Shown here: piece after piece, positions 21,175 through 29,722 of the stretch | Numbering within the stretch: the first letter of the stretch is position 1 | Layout: the number at the start of each line of letters is the position of its first letter | Assembly (NCBI GenBank): GCA_049517415.1 | Contig: JBEKSC010000009.1 | Coordinates: 21,157-85,156 of the forward strand | Origin: Candidatus Bathyarchaeia archaeon | GTDB taxonomy: Archaea > Thermoproteota > Bathyarchaeia > 40CM-2-53-6 | Direction of reading: 5' to 3' | Length of the DNA stretch: 64,000 bases | Notes under the pieces: generated by a model | What the model was told of the DNA's origin: nothing | Databases searched by the model: none | Seen by the model: only the letters and a program-made list of their open reading frames with translations | Made by a program: the position numbers and the translations under genes

Positions 21175-21468
21175 TCAGGTTGCGGACCTAAACTTGAGGT
21201 AGCCAACTTTCTCGATGCAGTTCCTGCACCAGAACTGGTTTCGCTCCAAGGAATACTCAGCGTAGGCGTCCACAACAACCGTTCCGCAGTTCCAGCATCG
21301 GAGAAGGAGCATCCGCTTCATCTTATGATACTTCATCTCCTTCTGGTGTTCCAGCCAGATAGGGTCGCCATACTCGCAGACGACGTTGCAAACCTCGCAG
21401 AAGAAGAAATTGCCAACCACGGCTAACTCGCGTGACTCAAAGCTCGTACTTTCCGTGGTCTGGCTCAT
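21175..21468 (-). CDS. small Cys-rich zinc-finger protein
   Basis: Three CxxC motifs. Confidence 0.6.
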   Translation of the reverse strand: MSQTTESTSFESRELAVVGNFFFCEVCNVVCEYGDPIWLEHQKEMKYHKMKRMLLLRCWNCGTVVVDAYAEYSLERNQFWCRNCIEKVGYLKFRSAT

Positions 21469-21545
21469 GGCTTCTCGAATCTCGTGAGTTTTCCTCACAG
21501 AACCAATTGGACCGTACATATGCCTTTGGTTTAACCAGCCAAGAA

Positions 21546-22439
21546 TTAAGGCGAAGTTGGTTTCCAAAAATCGAGAAGGTATTCGAACGTTGTGCCCATG
21601 GTTATGTAGTTGGACGGCCAGCCGAAGATTCCTACTCTATTGACTATGTTGGTTCTGTCCCAGATGATTGTGTTCCGAAGCTCGTAACCCGCTTCAACTA
21701 AGGCATGGTGCACATGCATATGAAGTGGGACTCTCATTCCGTGTTTGTCATTCTTCCACCACATATCTGGCACATTGATGACCGCATGACCCTTGGGTTT
21801 CAGGATTGGAAGAAGACTTCTGAAAATGGTCCCCATTTGTTCCGTATATTTTTCGAAAGCTTGCGTTCCGAGATCTCTGTCGTCTTGGCTGTATTGTTCT
21901 ACCTTGAGGTACTGTTTGTTCCGCCTAAGTTCGCCTCTTCTGCTCTTGTTCGACCTCGGCCTGTTGAGGAGGTTCGCGTAGGGAGGAGAGGTGAAAATCA
22001 AACTGACTGTACCTTCTTCGAGGTATGCAGATATTCTTCGTGCATCGTCGCAGAGTACGATCTGCTGAGTTTCATGCTTCTGTCCGGCTATCTCCAGCCG
22101 CTGCCTCGCGGTAACGCAATATTGGGGGTTGATGTCAAAGCCAACCGCATTCCTCTCAATGTCCTGGCAGGCGAGTAGTGTCGTGCCGACTCCATTGAAA
22201 GGGTCTACTACAAGCTCGCCCGCGTGCGTGAATAACTCCACTGCCCTCTTGGCTAGGGCGAGGGGCATCACTGCGGGGTGTACTTCTTTGTCTCGGATGT
22301 CCCGTCTCTCGTAGAAGCATTTCCAGACTCCGATCTGTGCCTTGATCCATTCCTTAGGCGACATGCAGTTGAGGTGGTTCTCGGGGCAGTTGCATCGTCT
22401 AGCTGACGAGATTGAGACTTTGGCCGGCGTCTCTAGCAT
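21546..22439 (-). CDS. amino (N4-C/N6-A) DNA methyltransferase, orphan
   Basis: HPAVMP, DPFNGVGTT (motif I) preceding TSPPY (motif IV). Confidence 0.88.
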   Translation of the reverse strand: MLETPAKVSISSARRCNCPENHLNCMSPKEWIKAQIGVWKCFYERRDIRDKEVHPAVMPLALAKRAVELFTHAGELVVDPFNGVGTTLLACQDIERNAVGFDINPQYCVTARQRLEIAGQKHETQQIVLCDDARRISAYLEEGTVSLIFTSPPYANLLNRPRSNKSRRGELRRNKQYLKVEQYSQDDRDLGTQAFEKYTEQMGTIFRSLLPILKPKGHAVINVPDMWWKNDKHGMRVPLHMHVHHALVEAGYELRNTIIWDRTNIVNRVGIFGWPSNYITMGTTFEYLLDFWKPTSP

Positions 22440-22493
22440 AGTATTCGACCTAGGATAGTCGGATGAAGTAAAAAGCGCTCCTGAAGCTCCCCA

Positions 22494-22922
22494 CTAGATG
22501 TCAGCCGTACTCCAAACGACTACGCTAATCGGCTTGATTTTGATTAACGGCCGGTCTTCAAGATTCATCTGACGATACTGTTTGTATTTTTCCCGTAGCA
22601 GCATAACTGCTCGCTCATGAGTTCTTCCGTCGTGAATAATTTCTGCGGAGCCACGCACTATCACGTACTTCAGCTCGTTCCAATCTTCTTCGTAATGATC
22701 TACGACCAAACACACGTTGGGGTTCTCAGCAATATTCAGGACCCGCCGTAATTGGATCGGCTTTCTTCGCTTGGGCTTCTCGTCGATTGGAGTATAAATC
22801 GTGGCTCCATCGAGCACGTAACATATAGGAACAACGTGTGGTTGGCCACGCTTCGTTGAAGTAGCCAAATGTCCCAATCGGGATTCGATAAGAAGTTCGC
22901 GTGCCCATCCTTCTACTCTCAT
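22494..22922 (-). CDS. pyridoxamine 5'-phosphate oxidase-like (PPOX class) protein
   Basis: GHLAT..PHVVP..IDEKPK..NIAENP.V.LVVDHY.EDW. Confidence 0.85.
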   Translation of the reverse strand: MRVEGWARELLIESRLGHLATSTKRGQPHVVPICYVLDGATIYTPIDEKPKRRKPIQLRRVLNIAENPNVCLVVDHYEEDWNELKYVIVRGSAEIIHDGRTHERAVMLLREKYKQYRQMNLEDRPLIKIKPISVVVWSTADI

Positions 22923-22989
22923 GCCCGAACCCTTCTCATGGATGCAAAGCTCTTATTCTTCGCACGGAGATGTTGGAGGAGAATCAACT

Positions 22990-23388
22990 TTGCCCATCTT
23001 CTTCACCCCCAAGCAGGCTAATGAGTTCTTACCTCAGGTGAAGGAGACGGTCGAACGATCCATCGCAATCAAGAAAGAAGCTGACGCGTTAAAGGACGAC
23101 ACGGAGATGGCTGATGCCATGGAACGGCTCGGGAGGGAAATTCAGAAGCTTGAGGAACTCGGCTGCGTCCTGAAGGACCTGAACATCGGACTACTTGACT
23201 TCCCAGCAGTAAGGCTCGGCAAACGCGTTTGGCTCTGCTGGAAATTAGGCGAGGAGAACGTCGCCTTCTGGCATGAGCTGCATGAGGGCTACGCCGGAAG
23301 GAAGACGGCTAACGAGAAGGAATTCTACGAAGACGACGTTGCGATAAAATCGCTAACAGGCGAGGCTATCTCGAAACCGAACACTTAG
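22990..23388 (+). CDS. DUF2203 family protein
   Basis: FT..QAN..LP...KD...GL.DFP...LCWKLGE..WH...GYAGR. Confidence 0.85.
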   Translation: MPIFFTPKQANEFLPQVKETVERSIAIKKEADALKDDTEMADAMERLGREIQKLEELGCVLKDLNIGLLDFPAVRLGKRVWLCWKLGEENVAFWHELHEGYAGRKTANEKEFYEDDVAIKSLTGEAISKPNT

Positions 23389-23967
23389 CACCTGCAGCTC
23401 CTCAAAGAACAGTTGACGCTTCGCCATTACCTCGTATTGGAACTCAGGATTCACCTCAGAGATTAGAGACGCAGAATCATTCAAAGTACTGATCAAGAGT
23501 AAGGCGGTTCCATCGCAATTGAGATGCTCTCCAAGTCCGCCTAGGAACCGCTTTGACAGAGCTATGCCACCCGGTCCTCCATCGACGGTTCTGTCTTCAA
23601 CCGTTGAACTAGGCAGGTAGGGCGGGTTGAATGTGACCAGGTCGAACTTCCCTTGAACATTCGAGAACACGTCTGACAAGACTGTTTGGAGGCCTAGCGC
23701 CAGCACTCGAGCGGTCTTCTGTGCATATTCCAATGCTGACTGGTCAACATCTGTCACTGTGACATGGGCTCCACGGGATGCGCAAAATAACCCAAGAATG
23801 CCTGAGCCAGTCCCGATGTCAAGCACTTGCTTCCCTCCAACCGATATTTTCGCGATGGCGTCCAGCATTAGGAAAGTGTCGTCACTCGGGGAATAGACAT
23901 TCTTCGGCACATCTCCTATGGCATGAAGGATTTTTCTGAGAATTTCTTCGTTCTCGGCCTTTTGCAC
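23353..23967 (-). CDS. HemK2-like protein-glutamine N5 methyltransferase
   Basis: VYSPSDDTFL, DIGTGSG, FNPPYLP, DGG..G. Confidence 0.88.
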   Translation of the reverse strand: MQKAENEEILRKILHAIGDVPKNVYSPSDDTFLMLDAIAKISVGGKQVLDIGTGSGILGLFCASRGAHVTVTDVDQSALEYAQKTARVLALGLQTVLSDVFSNVQGKFDLVTFNPPYLPSSTVEDRTVDGGPGGIALSKRFLGGLGEHLNCDGTALLLISTLNDSASLISEVNPEFQYEVMAKRQLFFEELQVLSVRFRDSLAC

Positions 23968-23992
23968 GAGCCTGTTCTCTGCGCCTTTGGGC

Positions 23993-24607
23993 TTATGGTT
24001 CAGCCATGAACTTAATGAATTCTTCCCGTGTGCGCCTTTTCAATGTGTAATTGTTTCTGCGCTCGAACCCAATAGTTGAGGACGTTGTTTTTCCGTAGTC
24101 GTGGCCCGGGTAGACCTCTATTGTATCATCCAAGGGTAGGATCTTCTCTACTAGGCTATCGTACAGATCCCCAGAATTTCCGCCCGCCAAGTCTGTTCTG
24201 CCGCATTCACCAACGAACAAAGTGTCCCCTGTGAGTAGTTTTCCGTCTACGAGTAGGCAGATGTGGTCTGGGCAATGGCCTGGTGTGTGGAACACTTTCA
24301 GCTTCAACGATCCAACTTCTATAGTGTCGCCGTCCTTTACCGAAATATCCTTTCTCACGGGGGATTTCACGTGCATGACCACCTTTGCGCCTGTACGTTT
24401 AACGACGGCTTCGTTCCCTTCGATATGGTCGTGGTGGGAATGCGTATTGATGACTCGTGTAATTTTCAAACCCAATTCTTCGCATTGCGCCAGTAAATTG
24501 TCAACTTCCCAAGCAGGGTCGATCAGCGCAGCTGACTTGGTCTTCTCGTCTCCGATAATGTATGAAAAGTTCTGGAAGGTGCCAACGGGTACTTGCCTGA
24601 ATATCAT
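23993..24607 (-). CDS. metallo-beta-lactamase fold hydrolase (glyoxalase II-like)
   Basis: THSHHDH, TPGH, TGDTLF, PGHDY. Confidence 0.92.
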   Translation of the reverse strand: MIFRQVPVGTFQNFSYIIGDEKTKSAALIDPAWEVDNLLAQCEELGLKITRVINTHSHHDHIEGNEAVVKRTGAKVVMHVKSPVRKDISVKDGDTIEVGSLKLKVFHTPGHCPDHICLLVDGKLLTGDTLFVGECGRTDLAGGNSGDLYDSLVEKILPLDDTIEVYPGHDYGKTTSSTIGFERRNNYTLKRRTREEFIKFMAEP

Positions 24608-24697
24608 GGCTGCGTCGGGTAGAATGCCGGGCGAACTTTAATCAATTTCGTTTTCCTTAATTCTTGAGTGTGTACGCTTCGAGAAGGGCGTGATGCA

Positions 24698-25051
24698 ATG
24701 AGTCGACTAATTGTTTTCGAACCCGACCTCCTATTCTCATCAAGAATAGAGAGCGCCGCCGCGAAGGTTGGCTTCTCCGCAAAGGTTTTCGACAATTTAG
24801 ATGAATTTCTCCAAGAAGCCAAGCAATCGACGCCACAGGTCGCTCTCGTGAACCTTGATGTCGCAGTGGGAAAATTTGCGGTCCTGGAAGGCCTCGCCCG
24901 GAGTTCGTCTTGTAAGGTGGTCGGGTACTATTCGCACGTGAACAGCAGTTTAGCTGAAGAGGCGCAGCGCACTGGAATCAACGCCGTGTTTCCTCGAGGA
25001 GCATTCGCGAACAAACTCGAAGCGCTGTTGAGAGAGTTCTCATCAGGCTGA
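24698..25051 (+). CDS. atypical receiver-domain-like protein
   Basis: DLLFSSRI...GYYSHV beta/alpha pattern. Confidence 0.55.
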   Translation: MSRLIVFEPDLLFSSRIESAAAKVGFSAKVFDNLDEFLQEAKQSTPQVALVNLDVAVGKFAVLEGLARSSSCKVVGYYSHVNSSLAEEAQRTGINAVFPRGAFANKLEALLREFSSG

Positions 25052-25885
25052 CAGTTCCCTTACTCTTCGCATGTTCTCCTTCTCGTCGCCGCGTTCATCG
25101 ATGGGTGTTTCCATGATGAAGGGGAGGTTTCGAACCGCCTCGTGCTTGAAGAGCGCCCTGAAACCTTGTTCTCCAATGTATCCCAAGCCTATGTGCTCAT
25201 GCCTGTCCCTGCCGGAACCTAAACCGACCTGCGAATCATTCAGATGAATTACCTTCAATATGCTGAAACCCAGAATAGAATTGAATTTCCCGAGAGTGCC
25301 GTCAACGCCCCGTGGTGAGTGCAGGTCATAGCCGGCCGCGTACGCGTGCGCAGTATCGAAACAGATCCCAACGCGTTTTCTATTCTCGACTCGGTCCAAG
25401 ATTCTCTTAATGTCTTCGAAAGAGGAGCCCATGCTGTTCTTGGTTCCCGCGGTGTTTTCGAGGAGGAGCATGACGTCGTTCGGGTTCTCTGAAAGTGCGT
25501 GGTTTATTGCGTCCACAATTTTTTCTAAGCCTACGTCGGAGCCTTCACCGAGGTGGCTTCCCAGGTGTGTCACAATGTATGGGATTCCCAGCGTCCCGCA
25601 CCTATCAAGCTCGCCACTGAGCGATTTCACGGACTTGTTGTAAATTAGCTTCTTAGGCGAGGAAAGGTTCGGCAGGTAGGGCATGTGGGCTACGACGGGA
25701 GTTAGGTTGTACGACCCGACCTTCCTTTTGAATTCTGCAACTTCTCCGCGGTCAAGCTTCTTGTATTTCCAGCCCCTCGGGTTCCTGGTAAACATTTGAA
25801 ACGTGTCACAGCCTAGTTCGCGGGCGCGGTCAGCCGCTTGATCGATTGTCCCCGAAATTGAAACATGCATCCCAAGTCTGATCAA
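25043..25885 (-). CDS. nfo: endonuclease IV
   Basis: GMHVS, HMPYLPNL, LENTAG, DTAH, HLNDS, DRHEH, ETP. Confidence 0.95.
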   Translation of the reverse strand: MIRLGMHVSISGTIDQAADRARELGCDTFQMFTRNPRGWKYKKLDRGEVAEFKRKVGSYNLTPVVAHMPYLPNLSSPKKLIYNKSVKSLSGELDRCGTLGIPYIVTHLGSHLGEGSDVGLEKIVDAINHALSENPNDVMLLLENTAGTKNSMGSSFEDIKRILDRVENRKRVGICFDTAHAYAAGYDLHSPRGVDGTLGKFNSILGFSILKVIHLNDSQVGLGSGRDRHEHIGLGYIGEQGFRALFKHEAVRNLPFIMETPIDERGDEKENMRRVRELSA

Positions 25886-26019
25886 AAACCAATCTCCCCA
25901 GCGAACAATGACCAGGTTTAGAAAGAAAAGGCGTTCGATTCGCAGCGGCCTCGGATGAACCCTCAACTTTGGCAGCTTGGAAAAGTTGATATGAGAACAG
26001 ACCTCCACGGACACGCGAT

Positions 26020-26133
26020 GGCCGCCGTAGCGTAGAGGAGTCCTAAACTCCGCGAACCTTGGTAGCGTATAGACCCACTTAGGGATACAAGGCTGTGGAC
26101 CCTACGGGGCGAGTTCAAATCTCGCCGGCGGCC
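26020..26133 (+). tRNA. tRNA-His(GUG) with encoded G-1 and two non-canonical introns (~26036-26056 at 15/16; 26073-26090 at 29/30)
   Basis: Acceptor GCCGCCG/CGGCGGC plus C; after splicing the anticodon arm is TAGGG-CTGTGGA-CCCTA; T arm GCGAG-TTCAAAT-CTCGC. Confidence 0.9.
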
Positions 26134-26140
26134 CTCACCA

Positions 26141-27085
26141 TTAAGACTCCGTCGTCCTCAATTCAACGATTTTAGGGAGCTCCCTCACAAGACTTCGAAG
26201 CCGTAGATTGACTTCTTGAATTCGCTCGATAGTGCGAGGCGCGTTTAGAACAGGTGACCCGAATTCTCGCCTCATTCTGGAGATTGCGGACTCAAAAGCG
26301 GACTCCGGAATAGCTCCTGAAACCTTCAGCGTGGACATGCAGCCAGTGAGAAATGACAGACGGTCGAGCACGCTAGTTCTAGGCGGACATTCTCCAAGCT
26401 CTTCGAAGACCATCATGCGTGAGATGTGAGATGGGTTCGAGAAACCAATTTCCTTTCTCCAGAGATCGATGTCGGCAGAACCATTGATCTGTGCGATGTG
26501 GCGTGGGCGTCTTCCAAATCCACCCGGCTCGGCATTCAATCTGCAAGAAACATTGACGCCGAGTTCTCTCCCGAGAAATTTTGCCAATTCCTCAATTACC
26601 GCTCGTGCAGTCATCTTGATTTGGATCCTAGGATATTTGTGAGGCTGGGTTTTTGAGGCGTTGTAAAATCCTAGGACCCCGTCTGTGGCAAGGATTTCTC
26701 GCACGAAATACTTCATCAGACGAGCGTCGTCAAGAATGGCGGAGGGTATTGAGGGACTAATCTTTCGTCCATTAGGAAGGCCAAGGACCCTGTGCTTGAA
26801 GAGTGCAACGTTCTTGCTTTGAAATACGATGGACATCCAAGTCCTTCCAGGGTCGAGATAAACTCCAAACTTGTGGAGGTCGTATGCCGATTCGATGGTC
26901 GGAATAACATGACTTAGAAGATAGAGCTGGTCTTCCAGAGCGTTCCCTGTGATATCGTAGCAATAATTAGTGTTGGTTCCGTTTTGTCTGATGAATAGGT
27001 GACCGTCTCCAAGGTGAATGCCAGTATCGGCTGCGACCTCAGGTGTCATCGAGAACATTGCACTGTAATGTGAATCAAGATTCAT
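26141..27085 (-). CDS. free-standing double-motif LAGLIDADG endonuclease
   Basis: AADTGIHLGDGHL and FVREILATDGVL; C-terminal IGFSNP. Confidence 0.82.
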   Translation of the reverse strand: MNLDSHYSAMFSMTPEVAADTGIHLGDGHLFIRQNGTNTNYCYDITGNALEDQLYLLSHVIPTIESAYDLHKFGVYLDPGRTWMSIVFQSKNVALFKHRVLGLPNGRKISPSIPSAILDDARLMKYFVREILATDGVLGFYNASKTQPHKYPRIQIKMTARAVIEELAKFLGRELGVNVSCRLNAEPGGFGRRPRHIAQINGSADIDLWRKEIGFSNPSHISRMMVFEELGECPPRTSVLDRLSFLTGCMSTLKVSGAIPESAFESAISRMRREFGSPVLNAPRTIERIQEVNLRLRSLVRELPKIVELRTTES

Positions 27086-27141
27086 ATTCTGGGTTGGAGG
27101 TGCAGAGGATGCAAGAGTACTGTGAAACTAAGACGACCCCA

Positions 27142-27189
27142 AGGGGTTCAAAGCGTCGTTCTCGCGACGTGAAAGTCCCCTCGGCGGCC
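27142..27189 (+). pseudogene. orphan tRNA 3' portion (T arm with BHB intron plus acceptor 3' strand, His-type)
   Basis: AGGGG-TTCA-AAG-CGTCG..CGACG-TGAA-AGT-CCCCT-CGGCGGC-C; splicing would give AGGGG TTCAAAT CCCCT. Confidence 0.75.
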
Positions 27190-27265
27190 CTCAACAATTC
27201 ATTTTTGAGGCGGGAGGCGTAAATTCCTACGATAATCAGGGTGGTGGGTTAGAATCATCGATCGG

Positions 27266-27487
27266 ATGCTGAGGCGAAGCGGGCCTGGTACGTGTGAAGT
27301 CTGCGAGAGGAAACCTGCAACAAGGAAAGCGAAGTTTACTGCACAATCTCTTCAATCTACTTCTATGCCTTTGTTTGACGAGGAGTCGCTCGTTGCAGGG
27401 GAATTTGAGAAGAGGGTATGTGAAGAATGCCTAACCTTCTTGCAGAACGCGAAGAACGTAACGGACCTCACCTTCGAACGATTGTGA
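27266..27487 (+). CDS. small zinc-finger protein
   Basis: CEVC...CEEC. Confidence 0.6.
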   Translation: MLRRSGPGTCEVCERKPATRKAKFTAQSLQSTSMPLFDEESLVAGEFEKRVCEECLTFLQNAKNVTDLTFERL

Positions 27488-27599
27488 GCAAGTTTAACTC
27501 AACCTCGGACGTCGTGTTCGACAACCACTGAGAAAGAATTCTCGCTCATCCGGTCTGCGCGGAAGGGTTAAAGGTTTGAGTCAGAACGTGTAAGCAAGT

Positions 27600-27715
27600 G
27601 GGCCGGTAGTTCAGCCTGGTATGCCAAGTGTTCGCTGGGCCAAAGAACGTCCGGTTTGCAAGTTCTTCACCAAGCTTCCGGAAGGTCGCGGGTCCGAATC
27701 CCGCCCGGTCCACCA
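27600..27715 (+). tRNA. tRNA-Ala(UGC) with two introns (D loop 27623-27644; canonical 37/38 at 27661-27676) and encoded CCA
   Basis: GGGCCGG/CCGGTCC acceptor with G3:U70, both introns fold as BHB, TTAAA box about 30 nt upstream. Confidence 0.92.
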
Positions 27716-27919
27716 ATTTTAAGCCTTGCTTTTCCCGAGTTCTGACCGTTTCTTGCCCGAACGGTTCGGATTTGGGCCAGTTGGTTTTTCGGTGCTACGA
27801 GATTTCCTAATGGGTAGAAGCCCGCATAATTCTTTGATTCCAGTCCCGAGGAGCCAATTATCATCATTCAAATGTCTCAAGCAGTAAATCTACTACTGCA
27901 AAATCAATTTAACAAGTTG

Positions 27920-29179
27920 CTATGAATCCAACTTCGTCCTTGCAATTGTACTATTAATGCTCTTTCTCGTCGTATCCCATCCAAACTTACGCAGCATCAA
28001 AAGGAATACGTTCAGACGCGTTCCATCGGGAGATAACTTCTCGTAGGAACCGCCATCTTTCGATGGAAAACCTCTAACGATGAGACTGGCCAGGTGGGCC
28101 GGTTCCAAGGGAATTAGTCCAAGTCTGTTAGATTCCTTACTGTCCTCAGAAAAGGGCCAATTGGATTTGACGTCAGCGGAGGTCAGATGGGTGTCGTGAT
28201 GAGCATGGACAGAGAATTCCAAATCATCATATTCTCCAGCAAAAGCCGCCATTTTTATCCTCTTTCTAGAGGCAGCTATTCCAAGCTCTTCTCTTAGACC
28301 GCGAACCGCCGCGGCCTCAAAGTCCTTATCAGCACCTCCTCGATATGAAATATCTCCATTCATAGATTCGTCAGTTGACATGCTCCACTTGTTACCGTAA
28401 AACTCTGTTCGAGCGGATCGACGTAAGAGTACAAGCTTCTTGTCCGAGGTGGTTACACTCACATGCACGCCTACCCCTCCACCAACGAAGATGTTTCGGT
28501 AAGATCGAACCTTATTCGACCGCTTGAGAACGTGATTCCTGAAGTTTACCGGCACCCCATTTACTTCGACATGGTCCGCTTCCAGTGCATTACGGATCGC
28601 GAGAATTACACTAAATTTAACGCGTCCCAATCTAATCTTCGGGGGATTCGAAGGATCGAAGGAATCAAGTATCGGAGGAGGGTCCATTCGGTCGACGTAG
28701 AGCTTATCGCGATCTGGGCTTGGTTTCCCGTCGAGGACACGCATTCCGCCCTTAAATTTCACCATGCCCACCTCGTTCCGCTCACTGACTCTACCGTACT
28801 TGTCCGCAAGTTCATTCAGATTCGCCTCTGTAAGGCCAAATAATTTTGCAAATCTCCTGCGTCCATTACCCGCGTCAATCGACTCATCGACCGCGACGTC
28901 ATAATGGGGGGTCTTCTCATAGATGAAATGGCAGTCGGGGAAGACTGCATGTTCATCAATCGCTATCGTGTCACTCCACTTGGATTCCGGAGCTTGTCGA
29001 TTCAAGAACATCATTAAATCAGATGATGCCTGCAGGCGTGCCTTACGCAAAAGCGAAACCAACTCCACATCTCCGGCAGACGAGCGGGTCAGAGGTTTGG
29101 ATCCTCGCGTCCTCCTCTGTTCTCTAGGCCGATTGCTCCAAAAGCGTCTAAGGCCCTTCCAAGTAGAACTCAAAGGCAA
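27920..29179 (-). CDS. protein with C-terminal NUDIX-like domain
   Basis: LVLLRRS...WS....ES...AAVRGLREELGI. Confidence 0.65.
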   Translation of the reverse strand: MPLSSTWKGLRRFWSNRPREQRRTRGSKPLTRSSAGDVELVSLLRKARLQASSDLMMFLNRQAPESKWSDTIAIDEHAVFPDCHFIYEKTPHYDVAVDESIDAGNGRRRFAKLFGLTEANLNELADKYGRVSERNEVGMVKFKGGMRVLDGKPSPDRDKLYVDRMDPPPILDSFDPSNPPKIRLGRVKFSVILAIRNALEADHVEVNGVPVNFRNHVLKRSNKVRSYRNIFVGGGVGVHVSVTTSDKKLVLLRRSARTEFYGNKWSMSTDESMNGDISYRGGADKDFEAAAVRGLREELGIAASRKRIKMAAFAGEYDDLEFSVHAHHDTHLTSADVKSNWPFSEDSKESNRLGLIPLEPAHLASLIVRGFPSKDGGSYEKLSPDGTRLNVFLLMLRKFGWDTTRKSINSTIARTKLDS

Positions 29180-29329
29180 TACGAGGCATCAATCTGAAAG
29201 AATCACCTTATTATGTTTGATTTTTCATCTCTCAGGATTGTTCCCTGTCTCACTGAGCTGAGCTATTGTTCTGCGCGAAAACGCGCAAGTTAAAGCTACA
29301 TTGGCCGTTCACCTAGGTGGAAATCCATC

Positions 29330-29647
29330 TTGCCGAGACTAACCGAACGAGCCCTCTCACCAATCGTGAATGCCTCAAGGCCCGCCCTCCTTGCAGGGTT
29401 AAGCTTAACAGCCATCCAACTCGCGCAACGGAGCTTAGTACTAAGGTCTGCGCTTGTAGCCTCAACGATCTTCTACATGATAAGTTCAATCTCTTTATTC
29501 TTTTATGACGTGACACCGGAAGAGAGATCGCACAAACAAACGACGTTCAAGTCTTGGCTAACATTTCTTTGGCATGCAGCCAGTGTGACTTTCTTCTTGG
29601 GTTTGTTGCTAACGGTAGTCTCCGCCTTTCTCCTAATTCTAGTATAA
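29330..29647 (+). CDS. small membrane protein (about 3 TM)
   Basis: Hydrophobic segments; start uncertain. Confidence 0.5.
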   Translation: MPRLTERALSPIVNASRPALLAGLSLTAIQLAQRSLVLRSALVASTIFYMISSISLFFYDVTPEERSHKQTTFKSWLTFLWHAASVTFFLGLLLTVVSAFLLILV

Positions 29648-29722
29648 CCGCTTTCCTCCTCAGATATGGGGTAATTCTAATTCAGCACTATCTTAGGTGA
29701 TGAAGTAGTTGGGAACCGTAGA

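Noticed and set aside
26141..27085. Endonuclease encoded inside a tRNA intron
   Set aside because: The ORF is antisense and lies after a complete tRNA-His
27628..27867. Short ORFs on both strands
   Set aside because: They overlap tRNA-Ala and are spurious
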